From Lama guanicoe (lineage: Eukaryota): a DNA stretch of 53,770 bases. Positions 35,378 through 48,830 of this stretch are shown here, in pieces. Location: positions 778,676-832,445 of the forward strand of contig MU053629.1 of NCBI GenBank assembly GCA_013239625.1. The letters run 5' to 3'. The notes beneath the pieces were generated by a model, which made no database searches, was not told the origin of the DNA, and was given only the letters and a program-made list of their open reading frames with translations. The stretch's first letter is position 1; every line of letters starts with the position of its first letter. The translations under genes were made by a program, and so were the position numbers.

Positions 35378-36254
35378 AAGAAACCTGAGTCTTAGACGTG
35401 ATTCTAATTTTTGAGCATATCCTTGAGCAAATGATTCTCCGAGTGCCTTGGACTCTTCTTCAGTGGAATGGAAGTGAGACTTTCTTCCCATGCTCCCAGC
35501 TAGATGCTTTATTATACGCGGAGAAGCCTCGCATACCAAGAGGAAGTCGTGGGCTCCTTTGTGTTACTTCACTGGGTGTAGGAGGCTGCTCTTGATTAAA
35601 CTTGATTTCATGGAACTTGGTCTTTTCGATGTAGACACTGACTTGGTCTTTGAGTCATGCCTTTTCACAGTGTTTATTCTTTCCAGCTCCTGCGTCTCAC
35701 AGAACAGTTCCTCGATCTGATTGTCTTACCTTATGACATTGTGGTATTTGGCCTCAAAAAAAAAAATCAAATAAACTACGACATCCACTAGGAATGTGGA
35801 AGCTTATTTGGTTATTGTCTGGAATAACACACATGAATGCTAAACGGAGAGCCCGTGAGAGGAAATACTGAAAAGGACCCCCTTGCCACTCCAAGTTCAG
35901 TTCTGAGTCTTAAGACATTGTGGTTTATGCACAGCTGGCTCTGGCCTCCTTGCCTCGCAGCGCCGCCTGACCAGGGGTGTGGTCCAGCTCCCGCCCCCAT
36001 CCCTCCCCCTGGCCCTGATCCCGGATGCTTCAGACCTGGGTCTTCCTACCCTGATCTGTCCTCTGCTAACAGTCCCAACAGAGACCACATGGTACACACT
36101 TTAACCCATCCTGGCTACCTTCGAGGGGAATTACACCACCTCACAGAAGTGTGAGAACTTCGCAGCAGAATGGCTCCGTTTCTCCACTCCTGGCCTCTGT
36201 GCTACTGTCAGACCTTTAACTTCTACACATTTTATAAACCCCACAGTACATGGT

Positions 36255-36532
36255 TTTATTTTTCACTGAGGTGCAACTGGTATATGGCATTATGTAAGTT
36301 TCAGGTGGACAACGTTATAATTTGACATCTGCCTACTCTACAAAGTGATCACCACCCAAGATCTAGTTCTCACCCATCACTGTGCAGCTGGCTCCCTTCA
36401 CCCCTTTCATCCATCCCTCAACCGCCTGCCCCTCTGATAACCACGTCTGTTCTCCATGTCTATGAGTTACTTTTTGTTTTGTTTTCTTTGTTTTCTTTTC
36501 TTTTAAATTCCACATATGAACAAAATCATACA
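36255..36532 (-). mobile_element. L1 3' UTR fragment
   Basis: ggcattatgtaagtttcaggtggacaac…aagtgatcaccacc…ccctctgataaccac…aattccacatatga. Confidence 0.75.
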
Positions 36533-36539
36533 CTGTTAC

Positions 36540-38755
36540 TATTTTTGCTCAAAAAAGTCAAATGTCCTTTAAGAAGAATTAAATAATTTTTAACGTCTTA
36601 ACTATTTAGCCATGAAATTAACTTCCCTGGTGCTGTTCATTCCTTTGCTGAGACCCATATTTCCATCTTGTGTCATTGTCCTTCTGTCCAAAGAACTTCC
36701 TTTAACATTGCTTATACTGCAGTTCTGCTAGTGAAAAATTCTTTCAGCTTATGTATGTCTGAAAAGGTTTTTATTTCACCTTTGATTTTGGAAAATATTT
36801 TTGCTAGATATAGAATTCTTGGTTTTAGGATAAGATTTAAAAAAAAAAACCACTTCAGTCTTTAAAAGATGTTGCTCCACTCTTTTCTTGCATTGTTTCC
36901 AAAGAAAATTGACTGCTGACCTTATCTTTGTTTCCTGTACGTAGCTCATCTTCTTTCCCTGGTTGCTTTTTAAGAGTTTCTCTTTCTCACTGGTTTTGAG
37001 CAATTTGACTGTGGCATGCGTTGGTGTTGCTTTATTCATGCTCCTTGTGCTTCTTGGACATTTGAGTTTATAGCTTTCATCAAATTTAGAGCATTTTTGG
37101 CCATTCCGTCTTCAAATAACTTTTATCTGTTTCCCAACTTTCTCCCATTCTTCCTTGGAGACGCCTCTTGCACGTATGTTGGGCTGTTAGAAGTTGCCTC
37201 ATGGCTCACTGGTGACCCCTTAATTTATTTTCCACTCTTCCTTTTGGATAGTTTCTATTGCTAAGTCTTCAAGCTCACTAGTCTTCCTTCTGTAATGTCT
37301 GATCTTCCATTTATCCACTCTCAGACATTGTAGTTTTCATCTCCAGAAGTTTGATTTGGGTCTTTTTTATACTTTTCATGTTACGACTTAACATGTTCAG
37401 CCTTTCCTTTAGCTTCGTGATTATATAGAATAGAGTTATAATAATTGTTTCAGCATTGTTCTCTGCTAACTTGAGCATCTGGGTCAGTTTGATTGATTGA
37501 TTGGTCTCTTCAGTGTGGATCTTTTTTTCCATTTCTTTGCATGTCTGATGATTTTTTATTTGATGCCAGACATTGTTGGGCACTGGCGATTTTTATATTC
37601 CTGTAAATATTCTTGAGCTTTGTTCTGGCGCAAGGTTCAGTTACTTGAAAACAGCTGGATGCTTTTGGGTCTTGCTTTTATAATGTGTTAGGTGGATCTG
37701 GAGGACTCAGCCTGGGGTTAATTATTCCCTACTACTAAGGCAAAATCTCCCTGTGCATCCTATCATTGCCTTGTGAATTATGAGTTTCTCAGTCTGGCTT
37801 GTGGGAGCAAGCATGATTTTCAGTTCTGTGTAACCTTCAAGGATTGTTCCTTCTATTCCTTCAGGGTGGTTCTTTTTTTTGGCTTTGGTAGTTCTTCTTG
37901 GGGATGTGATGTTCATTACTCAGCTGACTGCTTTTTAGATCTCTGAATTTTTCTCTCTGAGCAGCTTTTGTTGCTGACCAGCGTTCTTGGACTCCATAAA
38001 GAGTAGAAATTGATAAGAGACCGGAGGAGAAATTCAGACAAGTTCTTTATTGGGACTCGTGCTGCAGCAAGAGGGAGCGAAAACAAATAACAGGCTCCCT
38101 TGCTCTCTCCCTGGGTGGGGGTGAGCTGGTCCCTTATATGCAGTGAGGGTAGGGGCAGATCTGTGGGTCAGGCCAGGAGGGAGGGTGGTTAAAGGGTCAC
38201 CTACCCCCTTAGTGGTGCTGTGTGCAAGGATCATGGGTGGCACCCTGCTTTTGCTCCCAGCACCTCAGAAGTGGCAGTTGAGTTTTTGGTCTTTTGTATC
38301 CTGTTGTTCACAATTGGCCCCAACTGTGCATGCGTGCAGTTATTTTTAGTCCCTCATAGTCTTTTTGTATTCTGTTGCTCTAGGAGATGTTTGTCCAGGT
38401 GCAAGCACTGAAGCAAAGGGCCCCAGGTCCCAGCCTGTCTCACTTTCTCCTCTCTGGTACTCTGCCCTGTGAAACCTAGTCACCTTGGCCTCACCGAACT
38501 CCCAGCCCCATCTCCTCAGCTTGGGGAGACCGCCAAGCCTCCACCGGGGCCCCCCCTTCCTGTGGCGCAGCCTGGACACTCTCTGCAGTAAGCTGGGGTA
38601 ATGGTAGGCTCACCTGGTTTGTTTCCCAGCTCTCAGAGATCCCTGGCCTCCATTGCCTTTTGTCCAATGTCTTGAAAATCATGCTCTCATATATTTCATC
38701 CAGTTTTAAGTTAGTGGGTAAACTCAACCCCTGCTACTCCAGCTCGGCTAGGACA
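36540..38755 (-). mobile_element. Old L1 ORF1/5'-region fragment interrupted by an LTR
   Basis: Minus ORF remnants (TPTHATVKLLKTSEKEKLLK…; KKTQIKLLEMKTTMSE) resemble L1 ORF1p. Confidence 0.75.
37969..38442 (-). mobile_element. ERV1-type solo LTR (474 bp)
   Basis: TG…CA termini, perfect 4-bp TSD cttt (37965-37968 and 38443-38446), minus-strand TATA-like atataa (~38135) and AATAAA (38046-38051). Confidence 0.85.
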
Positions 38756-38854
38756 GAAAGTGTATGTATACCCAGTTTACTGAAAGATGTTTGTGACATG
38801 AAATGTTTTCCCTATCATCTTATATAGTGTTTGCAAGGCAAGTATATTTTGAAC

Positions 38855-38950
38855 TTTTTATTTTGAAATAATTTAAAAGGTACAGAAGAGTTGCAAATAT
38901 AGTATAGAGTTTCAGTACGCACTTTACCCAGCTTCCCCTAATGTTACTAT
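38855..38950 (-). mobile_element. L1MB-type 3' end fragment
   Basis: ttttattttgaaataattt…tacagaagagttgcaaa…acccagcttcccctaatgtta. Confidence 0.7.
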
Positions 38951-39056
38951 TTTTATTGGTACTTTTTAAACTGAATTACTTTTAAAAAGTAATGAATGCT
39001 AGTGGTAAAAAAAAGTATATATAAAGAACATATACTTAAAATATGTTACATTTTAT

Positions 39057-39520
39057 TTTATGTTATTTATTTATTGAAGTATAGTCAGTTTACAATGCTG
39101 TGTCAATTTCTGGTGTACAGCGTAACAGTTCAGTCATACATATACATACATATATCCGTTTTCATATTCTTTTTCATTCTAGGTTACTACAAGATACTGA
39201 ATACACTTCCCTGTGCTATGCAGTATAAACTTGTTAACCAATTTTATATATAATAGTATCTACAAATCTTGAACTCCCCCAATTTATCTCTTCCCCACCC
39301 TTCCCTGCCAGTAAACATAAATTTGTTTTCTATGTCTCTGTCTGTTTCTGTCTTGTAAATAAGTTCATTTGTCTTTTTTTTTTTAGATTCCACATATAAA
39401 TGATATCATATGTTATTTTTCTTTCTCCTTCTGGCTTACTTCATTTAGAATGACAATCTCCAGGTCCATCCATGTTTCTGCAAATGGCATTATTTTATTA
39501 TTTTTTGTGGTTGAGTAATA
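39057..39520 (-). mobile_element. Camelid L1 3' end
   Basis: tttattgaagtatagtcagtttacaatg…; TSD atatgttacattttat (39041-39056)/acatgttatattttat (39521-39536). Confidence 0.9.
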
Positions 39521-40266
39521 ACATGTTATATTTTATATATGAGAATATAAATAATACAGGAATCATAGGTCATGAGTGTTCTTTTCATGCTGATGTACGT
39601 TGGGAAAGGGGGACACCATCCTCCTTTCCATATTCCTCCCGCGGCAAACGGTGGAGAGAACGTCCCCCCTCCTCTCCCTTGGAGAGTGTTGCTTCCATTT
39701 CCTCTCTCCACTCTCACCCACTCTGCTCACGTGGGCAGAGCCAGCTTTTCTGGTGAGGCCCAACACTGGGTTCTCTTTTGCTAGTGGGCAGAGTTAAATC
39801 ATTAAGGGCCAGTTCCTGTGGGCAGGCTCACTTGACCTCTCCTTAGCTTCCTGTCTCCATGTGGTAAACTCATCCAGGGCAGGGCCAAGTGCCTGCCTCC
39901 TTTACTCTCTCCTTTCTGTAAGTGAGACAGGCCAGTAGTCCATGGAGCTAGCTGGGGAACTGGACTCAGAGAGAATTCTGTGATTCCAGCTGTTACCACC
40001 GACAAGTCCTTAGTTGTCTGTCCAGGGGAAGAAGAGTCCTCTACTTTGGTGTCAGCTCTGAGTCCTGTTCTTCCAGCAGCTGACACAAGAGAGCCCTGCC
40101 TTGGGGATTATTGCTGCTTCCCTGGTTACTAATAAAACTGTTATTTTGATACCCACTTACCTAGAGATTTTCTATTGGCCATAATCCTAAGGAAAGAGGG
40201 GGAAACAGTAAGATTTGTATATCCAACCTCACACCCAAACCTCCAGCAATTTACTTTACAGCATCC

Positions 40267-40355
40267 TTTTTTTTTTTTAATCACTGGTGATTTTTTAAAA
40301 TTGAGGTACAGTCAGTTACAATGTTTCTGTGGGGTACAGCACAATGTCCCAGTCA
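40267..40355 (-). mobile_element. Very short camelid L1 3' end
   Basis: Poly-T + ttgaggtacagtcagttacaatg…cacaatgtcccagtca; flanked by tacagcatc(c/a)ttttttt. Confidence 0.75.
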
Positions 40356-40365
40356 TACAGCATCA

Positions 40366-40850
40366 TTTTTTTAAACATTTTTTAATTGAGTTATAGTTAT
40401 TTTACAACGTTGTGTCAAATTCTAGTGTAGAGCACAATTTTTCACTTATACACGAACATACATGTTTTCATTGTCACAATTTTTTTTTCGCTGTGAGCTA
40501 CCACAAGATCTTGTATATATTTCCCTGTGCTATACAGTATTATCTTGTTTATCTATTCTGCATATGCCTGTCAGTATCTACAAATTTTGAAATCCCAGTC
40601 TGTCCCTTCCCACCTCTCGCCTCCTTGGCAACCACAAGTTTGTATTCTATGTCTATGAGACTGTTTTGTATTTATGTTCTTATTTTTTTTTTTAGATTCC
40701 ACATATGAGCGATCTAATACGGTGTTTTTCTTTCTCTTTCTGGCTTACTTCACTTGGAATGACATTTTCCAGGGACATCCATGTTGCTGCAAATGGCGTT
40801 ATGTTGTCATTTTTATGGCTGAATAGTATTCCACTGTATAAATATGCCAC
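40366..40850 (-). mobile_element. Camelid L1 3' end (different subfamily)
   Basis: aattgagttatagttattttacaacgttgtgtcaaattc…gagctaccacaagatcttg…tttatggctgaatagtattcc. Confidence 0.9.
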
Positions 40851-42439
40851 ATTTTTAATAGCACTGTAGAAGTACTTTGTATGTTATACCCATGCTGAAT
40901 TTGTTCACTTCCCTATTGTTGTACATTTAGCTTGTTTTCAGTTTCTCTTATAAACAATACATGGTAATAATCATTTTATACATGTAGCTTTTCATAATAG
41001 TCTAATTATTTTGTTATTCCTGTCATTTAGATAAGCTTCTGCCAGCTGAATAATAGTACCTACATATAATCTTGAAATCTCACAGAGAGGCTTTCCTTAC
41101 ACCTGGGTAAATAATCCAAAGATTCTACTTGGTTATGTTTCCTAGAAAGATCATTTTAAAATATCAAAATAGCAGAGAACAAACAATTAAAAATCGACTT
41201 TTACTCTTCTAAATAAAATACATAATTTTAAATGATAAACATACATGAATCAAAGGCAAATGAAAAGAAATACAAACTCTTTACTCTGGTAAATTGCATG
41301 TTAACCTTTGATTCTTCTTTGCTACAATATTTAATATAAGTTGCTCCTCAAAGTCCAACAGAAATGAAGCTTCTGATTTACCTTTTATTAGTGTAAAAAA
41401 GTCTTCCTGGAGATGTTCTTACTATTTTTAATGTATGAAAATTGGGAATTTCAGGGAAGGTTAACGATCACACCTCTTTCATGGAGTGTTCTTTTCACTG
41501 TTTCATTTCTTGGAAATAGATTTGCCTCCCTGTCTCCCTAGGACTTATCTAAGATGGGCTACACTTGCCTTCGCAGATGCCGGACCTCTGTCTTTCCTCT
41601 TCTTGGAGTAAACAATGGCCAGGCCATTTCCCATCCCTAGGGCATAGCATTGCGCGTGACGCGGAGCATGGACGTGCAGACACTTGTCCAGGTTCTTGTG
41701 GTGAACACCGTGCCCCCAGCCACAGGCTGAGACCGGGAGGATGTGCTCTCCCAGCAAAGACTGTGCTCTCTTCACTGGATCCTGAGCATTACCTGGCTTT
41801 GGCTCCATACGGAGCTTGGTTTTGAGTTGTAAGGCCACCCTGCAGGCATAGTGTGAAAATGTCTTTCTAAGGTCATTTTTGTTTGACCAAGAGAGTCCCA
41901 AGGCATTATTTCAGGGGCGGGCTTTTATGGGAAACAGTCCCCCAGGTTGACTACTTTGAGGCACTGGAAAATATGGGTTCCCATGACAGGGGCTATTTCT
42001 TTAGAGCTGAATTATTTAAGGAAGCTGGGTAGGGCACAAAGGGTCATTCAAGGGGTCATTCCATTCTGTCCACCCCTGCTGGCCTGGCTTGTATGTGTAG
42101 CAAGGGAAGTGGCCCCAGTGCTAACCTCCTCACCAGGGCCAGGAGTCCACAGTCAACACCACAGCGATGTGGGAAAGGAGAGAGGAAGGCCAGTAATGCA
42201 GAGACAGTGTAAAAAGAAGCCGTACAGGCTGAGGACCCAAGATGTTGGAGGCCCTCAAGAAGTGGAATTGTGTCCATTGCTAAAGTGATAAGAAAGAGCA
42301 ACCATCCTAGGCTAACTAAGCTCTCTCTACCTCCCCCATCGTCTTCCTGTTCCTCGGCCCTCCCTTACGCACTCCTTCTTGCTCTAAGCTTTCACCTTGC
42401 GTGATCCCTTTGACATTTCTACAAGGACCCCAATATGCC

Positions 42440-42830
42440 CAGTGTTGAACCCATCTCAGATCTGCCCATCAGCCTGCAACCTCAACTTCCCTGAACTCAT
42501 CTTCACCAGAATTATGGTCCAGCCCGGCCCTTCTTCTCCATCACCCAAATGACTCCACGGTCTGTCAGCTCCATCCTCAACGTGCTTCTCAGACTGGCTC
42601 TTCTCTTCATCCCACTGCTCCTACCTTGGTGCTGACTCATCCTGCCTGCCTGGACTGCTGCGGTCTTCTCCAGCCTGGCCTGAATCTGGTCTCACCCTTC
42701 ACTGAGCTGGATATCACAGTGCTGCCATGACTACTTATAAAATGCCAGGTCTTATAATACCTACCCTCCAAGGCTCCCAAACCTGCTGCGGCTTAAGTCC
42801 ACGTCTTTAGCAGGCATTCTCAGGGTATCC
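42440..42830 (+). mobile_element. L2 fragment
   Basis: cttctcttcatccccactgctcctaccttgg…cctggactgctgcggtcttctcc…aaggctccca…taagtccacgtctttagcaggcattc. Confidence 0.6.
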
Positions 42831-45029
42831 CCAGTGCAGTGCCCAGTGTATGCATCACCACAATGTGGCAACCCCATATTAAAGTATTCCACATGGATTA
42901 CAGCTTGTTCAGTATTTGCCTCTGAAACTTCTGGGGTTTTTATTAGTCCTGTACCATTTCAGTCTTCTCAATTCCATTGGTTATTCTTTTTCTTCAAAGT
43001 TCTTCGTCCTTCTTCTCTATTATAGAGTTTCAAATCTGTCTTGCAGTCTATCTGCTTTCCCCTTTAATGTTAAGTCCCTATGTCTTCTGTGGTTTCTCAA
43101 AGGTCCTACCATAGTTTAACTATTTTTATACTTTTAAAAATTTCAAATCTATAAGTATATAATAAAAATTCAGAATACATGAAATTCTTTTATTAATTAA
43201 ACATATGGATGGGGATACCTGCATTTCACACACTTTTCTGTACTGTTCAAAAAAAACATTACAGGGAGTGGGAATTCTAAGTTTAAATTTGAGAAGGTTA
43301 ACTACATAAATGATCAGAAATGCATACGATTCTTATAAACAGCTCCATGCTTGCCTGTCATCTCTCAGTATCAATATTTATATACATTAACAGACATGCT
43401 TCTTAAAGGATCACTGAATGTTTTCTTTACTTTGGCAGGAGTGATCAAGCAAGGGAAAAAATGTGTCCAGATGAACTTTAAGAAAAAGGACACAGTGTTT
43501 CATGTAGCCGCATCACAGCACAAGCCCTTTGTATTATTGTGATGAGGGGCTCAGCCTGCCTGCCGCCATCCAAGGACAGTTTGGGCATTAAGATGTGTTC
43601 CACAAATGCTGCTCTCCCTGGAGAGGGGTAGTGCTCGTGTTTTTGTTAGCCAAGCATGCTGTCTTAACAGTGATACCAAGACACAGCTCTTTAAAAAGAA
43701 CAATTGTTCTTCCTGATATAACTTCAAAAATTTGCAGTCTTTCCCCAAACATCTGTGTCCCCCTTCATAGCTCGGTCATCTCAGAATTTGTGCCCTAAGC
43801 GTGTATATTCCCCGGCCTGTTCCACTGCTTACCAGGAGAAAGCCAGTGCTGTGATCAGGTACATCCTTTCCTTGGTCCTAAAACTACCTCTTTCTGTCCT
43901 CAAGGAGGCTGATCTAGAAGCGGTATCCTGAGGCTGCTGATCAGTCCCACCATATCTGCTCTTTCTGGAACGACCCCACACCAGTCTAGTCTGGAAAGGT
44001 GACTTCCTCCCTTGGACCCTATCCCTGGCGCCTGGCACAGCGCCCGCCCGCCGCAGGCATGCTTGCTGTGTAGATGACTGAACACCAGGCGTGTGCCCCT
44101 GCAGACCGTTTCATGTGTGAGCCCCAGCTTCCCTAGACCTTCATGACTTGACCATGGCTGGGATGACTTAACTCTAGCTTCATCAGCAACCACATTCCAA
44201 GCCCATGGAGGCAGGAAGGCAGAAATACAGACTTTTTGCCTGAACCACTAGACCACAAGTTTCATGTGCAACAAAGCCTGTCTGACCCGTGACCTCTCTC
44301 CTCCTTATCCCTCTGTCCCCTGTGGCCCATGCTGGGGAGACAACAACTTTCATCCACCAGGCAGCTGGGTTCAGCAGCTTGATGTTGGGTCATAAACAGA
44401 GAACCATAAATTGTAAACAAACTCAGGACGGCTGTCATTGTTTAAAGTTTCTCCAGGGACCTCTCTAGATAGAAGCTGGCTCCACGTGGGCACATGTCCC
44501 TGACAGCTCTTACCAAAGAGCATCCCCTGAGGAGCAGTTGGTTGAAGGTCCTAAATGGTGGTGTCCCTCAATCATGAGCCATCCAGCTGCGCTGTAATTT
44601 CCCTCGACAAGTTGTTAAACATACTGAGATATGTTGAGACAAGCCCTGGCAGAGTCAGCTGGACGTGTCCACCCTCTTTGTTCAGATCTCTGCTTCCCTC
44701 TGGTCAGTCCCCATGTGCAGGTGAGGGTTGCTGGTTGAGTCTTACTTTGTCATTCCTGGGCAGAAGGGTAACTTAGGCTGTGAAATCAGATGCTATCTTA
44801 CAAGTTCGGGCTTTGCTTCAGTTAGTAGCAGGTTACCGTTCACTCCCTGAACAATGGTCGAGCACCGGCTAAGTGCTCAGCAAGGCTGTAAAGACACTTA
44901 GACGTGGTTCCTGCTCTCATGTCTCTTACATTGTAATGGGATCAACTCATAGTTCAATGAGCAGTTAGAATCCAGTGATAAACGCTGTAATGGAAGAAAT
45001 GTAGAATGGTGTGTGCTCTACATTTCTCC

Positions 45030-47200
45030 CCTCTCTTGTTGGGAGATGTGCATACAGAAAAGTCCATATGCCGTATATACAAACTAACAAGTGATTTCAA
45101 AGTGGACACCAAGAAGACCTTGACCCGGGTCCCAATTGAGAATACTTGCCAATACCCCAGAAGCCCTCTGTCTGTTCCTCCCTGTTCAAGAGCAAATCCC
45201 ACCAACCCTCATGGTAACCACTGTCCAGACTTTTGTAGCAATCTCCCTTTTTTTGGCTTTTGTTTGTTTGTTTTACACCCTATAAATGCATCACCAAAGA
45301 GGACAGCTTACCTTGGCCTCTTCTAGGAATAGAGTCGTCCTCTATGTATTCCTTAGTGTCTGGCTTCTTTCATTCAAACTTATATTTGTGATATTGGTTC
45401 CTTTAGTAGAGTTAAGTTCTGTTCACTTTAACTGATGAATAGTATCCTGTCATACAAATAGACTACAAGGAATGTATCTGTTCACCTATTGATGGACATT
45501 TGTGTTGCTTCCAGCTTTTGCCTATCACGAGCACTGCCGGGACATGTGTGTGTGTGTTCAGTGTTTGTAGCTATTGACAAGAGTTTTCCACAGTGGATGT
45601 GCCGATTTGATCCTTTCATCCTCAGTATATGTAAGTTCCTCTTGCCTACATCCCTGTCTACATTTAATACTGTCTGAGTTTTTAATTTTTGCTAATCTGT
45701 TGGGTATAAAATGAGATTTCATTGGGATTTTATTGAACATGTCCCAGATTACTAATTAGATTAGGGGGTTTTTTCCCCACGTACTTCTGGGCTGTTTGTA
45801 TTTCTTCTATGAAAATGTCTGTTGTCTTTCTACTGGGTTGCTTTCCTTTCCCTTGATGATACATGGGTATTTTTGTACTCTGAAGGTGAATTCTTTGGTG
45901 ATTATATATGTGGCACTTGTCTTCTCTCATATTTTTGTCCTCTTCTTGGTGTCACTTCATGAAGAAGTTTCTAACTTTAATCATATTTATTAACCTTTTC
46001 CTTTATGCTTTCTGCATCTCCTATCTTGTTGAAGAAAGTCTTTTCCATGTGTTGTTAACATATTCTATATTGTCTTCTAAATATTTTATAGTTTTTCCTT
46101 TCACTTTTTTTTAACTTTTAATTTTGAAATAATTACAGACCCACCCACTGGCAGTTGCAAAAAACAGTGCATAAAGTTCTGTGAACACTTCCCTCAACTT
46201 TCCAAAATGGTGATATCTTATGTGACGGTAGGACAATATAAAAACCCAGAGACTGACATTGGTAAATACTGAAGACGTAGTCAGTCTTCACCAGTTTTCA
46301 CGTGCACTCTGAGTGTGTGTGTGTGTGTGTGTGTGTGTGGTTTTTATGTAATCTGGTCCCAGGTACAGACCTGTATTTCATTGTTTAGTGCTCAATCCAC
46401 ATGGAATTGCTTTTATACATGGTGTGAGGTAGGGATTCAGTGGCCTTCCAGTCCCCATGGATCATTTATCATGGATATTCTAGCATCATTTATTGGCTAG
46501 TTTATTCTTTCCCCCACTGATGTGCAATTCCTGTTCTGTAACAATTCAGGTTTCCGTACATGTTTAGGTCTGTTTTTCTGACCTCTCTGGTCTACTGCAC
46601 TGAGCTATTTATCCATTTCTGCTATAGCAGCACATCATCTTAATTACTTTATATTAGTAAGTCTTGCTATATGGGAGGATAATTCCCAAGACTTTGTTTT
46701 TCTTCAAGAGTGCCTTAGCTACTCTTGGACTTTTCCTCTTCAATATAAATTTTGGAAAAGGTTTTTCAAGTTTCATAAATGATCTTGTTAGGATTTTTAT
46801 TGGAAATCCATAAAACTGCATCATGGAGAATTGATGTCTTTACAGTAATGAATCTTCCTATCCTAGAACATAGTTTAGTTCTTAATTTATCTAAGTTTTT
46901 CTTAACATCTTTCAGGAAAGTGTTGCAATTTTCTCCATAAAGATTTTGCACATGCTTCATTAGATTTACTCCTAAGAAAATCTATGTTTTGCATTTTTTG
47001 TTTCTCTTATAAATTGTATCATTTTATTATATTTTCAAACTGATTCTTGGTGGTGTGTTAAAGTACTCTAGAATTTTGTGTACTGACTTTTTATCCATTA
47101 ACTTTGCTAAGATCTTTTATTAATTTTATTTATTTATTTGTTTGTTTATTATTTTGGCTTTTCTGAGCAAACAGATATGCAATCTGCAAGTAATGCTATA
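45030..47200 (-). mobile_element. Old L1 (3' UTR and ORF2), fragmented
   Basis: ORF 46766-46960 (NLYGENCNTFLKDVKKNLDK…CSRIGRFITVKTSIL) corresponds to L1 ORF2p DLY.ENYKTLLKEIK.D.NKW…CSWIGR.NIVKM.IL; nested L1MB-like piece at ~46110-46310. Confidence 0.8.
46313..46339. repeat. (TG)n microsatellite
   Basis: Direct observation. Confidence 0.95.
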
Positions 47201-47353
47201 GGCTTCTGTAGTTGCCTTGGATCAAGTTAATATATTTCCTTGCCTTCCAGTTTGTTTGTTCATTTGCTCCTCATTTCTTCTAATATCTCCAGTTTTCCTT
47301 CTCATATAATTTTTCTTCCTTCTAAATTATGTCCTTGAAAACTCCTCTTTTTA

Positions 47354-47517
47354 TTTAAATATTTTATTTATTTATCATATTATTTAATTATTTTATTTTG
47401 GCAGGGGGTGGGGGAAGCTACCAAGTTTAGTTGTTTTTCTGAGGAGGTACTGGGGACTGAATCCAGGACATCATGCATGCTAAGTATGCACTCTACCACT
47501 TGAGCTACACCCTCCCT
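47354..47517 (-). mobile_element. tRNA-derived camelid SINE (Vic-1-like, longer form)
   Basis: gaggtactggggactgaatccaggacatcatgcatgctaagtatgcactctaccacttgagctacaccctccc; perfect 16-bp TSD aaaactcctcttttta (47338-47353 and 47518-47533). Confidence 0.92.
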
Positions 47518-47629
47518 AAAACTCCTCTTTTTAAAGTCTGTTTGTGATAATCTCTCTTGATTTTTGTTTATCTGAAAATATTTTTGCTCTTGTTTGTACA
47601 AGAAAATTTTAGTGGTATAAAATTCTGTC

Positions 47630-48830
47630 TCAACTTGATTAAGGTATAATTTGTATATCATAAAATTCACCCATTTCAAGTGTGCAATTCACTGTTTTTT
47701 AGTGAGTTTACCAAGTTGTATAATTTGGTGTAACCGTTATCATTATCCAGTTTTAGAACTTTCACATTATCCCAGTAAGATCTCTTGGACCCATTCATAG
47801 TTAATTCCTGTTCCCAGTCCCAGGCCGCCACTAATTTGCCTTTTCTGGACATTTTCTATAAATGGAATTATATAACAGGTGCCTTTTGTGTCTGGCTTCT
47901 TCCACTTAGCATTCCCCTTAGTCTTACATTGCATGAACCTAGCTTGTTAGGTTTATCCATTACTAATTGCTTCTTTTCACTTTAATGGTTAGTGATTAAT
48001 GATGCTGTGAACATTATGCAAGTCTTGATGTGGACATACGTTTTCATTTCTCTTTATTGTTATCCCTAATAGTGGCATTGCTGGATCATATGGAAAATTT
48101 ATGTTGTAAGTTTTTAAAAAACTGCCAACAGTTTCCCTAAGGAGCTTCCCACCAGTAGCAGTATTTGAGGATTTTGATTTCTCCATAACCTTCCCAACAT
48201 GTGTTGTTGTCTGTCTTTGATGGTAGCCATTGTAATGGGTATGAAATGGTATTTATTCTGGTTTTAATTTGCATTTCCCTAATGACTAATGATACTGAGC
48301 ATCTTTTCATGCACTCATTAACCATTTGGTTATCTTCTTTGGTGAAATGTCTATTCAGAATTTTTGCCTATTTTTTTAATTGGGTTGTTTATCTTCTAAT
48401 CGAGCTGTTAAGAGTTCTTTGTTTATTCCAGATATAAATCTGTTAGGGACTGAAAGTGTCTTCCCCCTAAAATTCATCTGTTGACATCGTAATGTGATGG
48501 TATTAAAAGGTGAGGCCTTTGGGAGGTGATTAGGTCATGAGTATGGAGTCCTTATGAATGAGATTAGTGGCCATAAAAAGAGACCCTGGAGGGCTCCCTA
48601 GCCCCTCTCCCTGCAGTGTGAGGATACAAGAAAATAGTTGTCACTGGAACCTAACCATGCTGTCTGTCATCCTGACCTTGGACTCCAGCCTCCAGAAGTG
48701 TTTATCAGTCACTCAGCCTGCGGCATTTTGTGATCACAGCCTGAACGGCCTATGACAGAGTCCTTTGCCAGACGTCTTATTTGCAAATACTTTTTCTCAG
48801 TCTGTGTCGTGCCTCTTACAGTGAGCATAC
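47630..48830 (-). mobile_element. L1MB-type 3' UTR/ORF2 end interrupted by MLT1A0
   Basis: aaaattcacccatttcaagtgtgcaattc…; minus ORF MKRCSVSLVIREMQIKT is the L1 ORF2p C-terminal motif. Confidence 0.85.
48441..48757 (+). mobile_element. MLT1A0-like MaLR solo LTR
   Basis: tgttagggactgaa…gtgaggcctttgggaggtgattaggtcatgag…cagcctgaacggcctatgaca; degenerate 5-bp TSD aaatc/gagtc. Confidence 0.85.

Noticed and set aside
39780..40170. Possible old LTR (AATAAA at ~40131)
   Set aside because: Could not define termini, TSD or family by eye
42631..42640. ARE-like TGCTGACTCAT
   Set aside because: Single motif inside an L2 fragment with no supporting context
46766..48437. Functional reverse transcriptase / L1 ORF2
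   Set aside because: Short, heavily decayed fragments with stops and nested insertions
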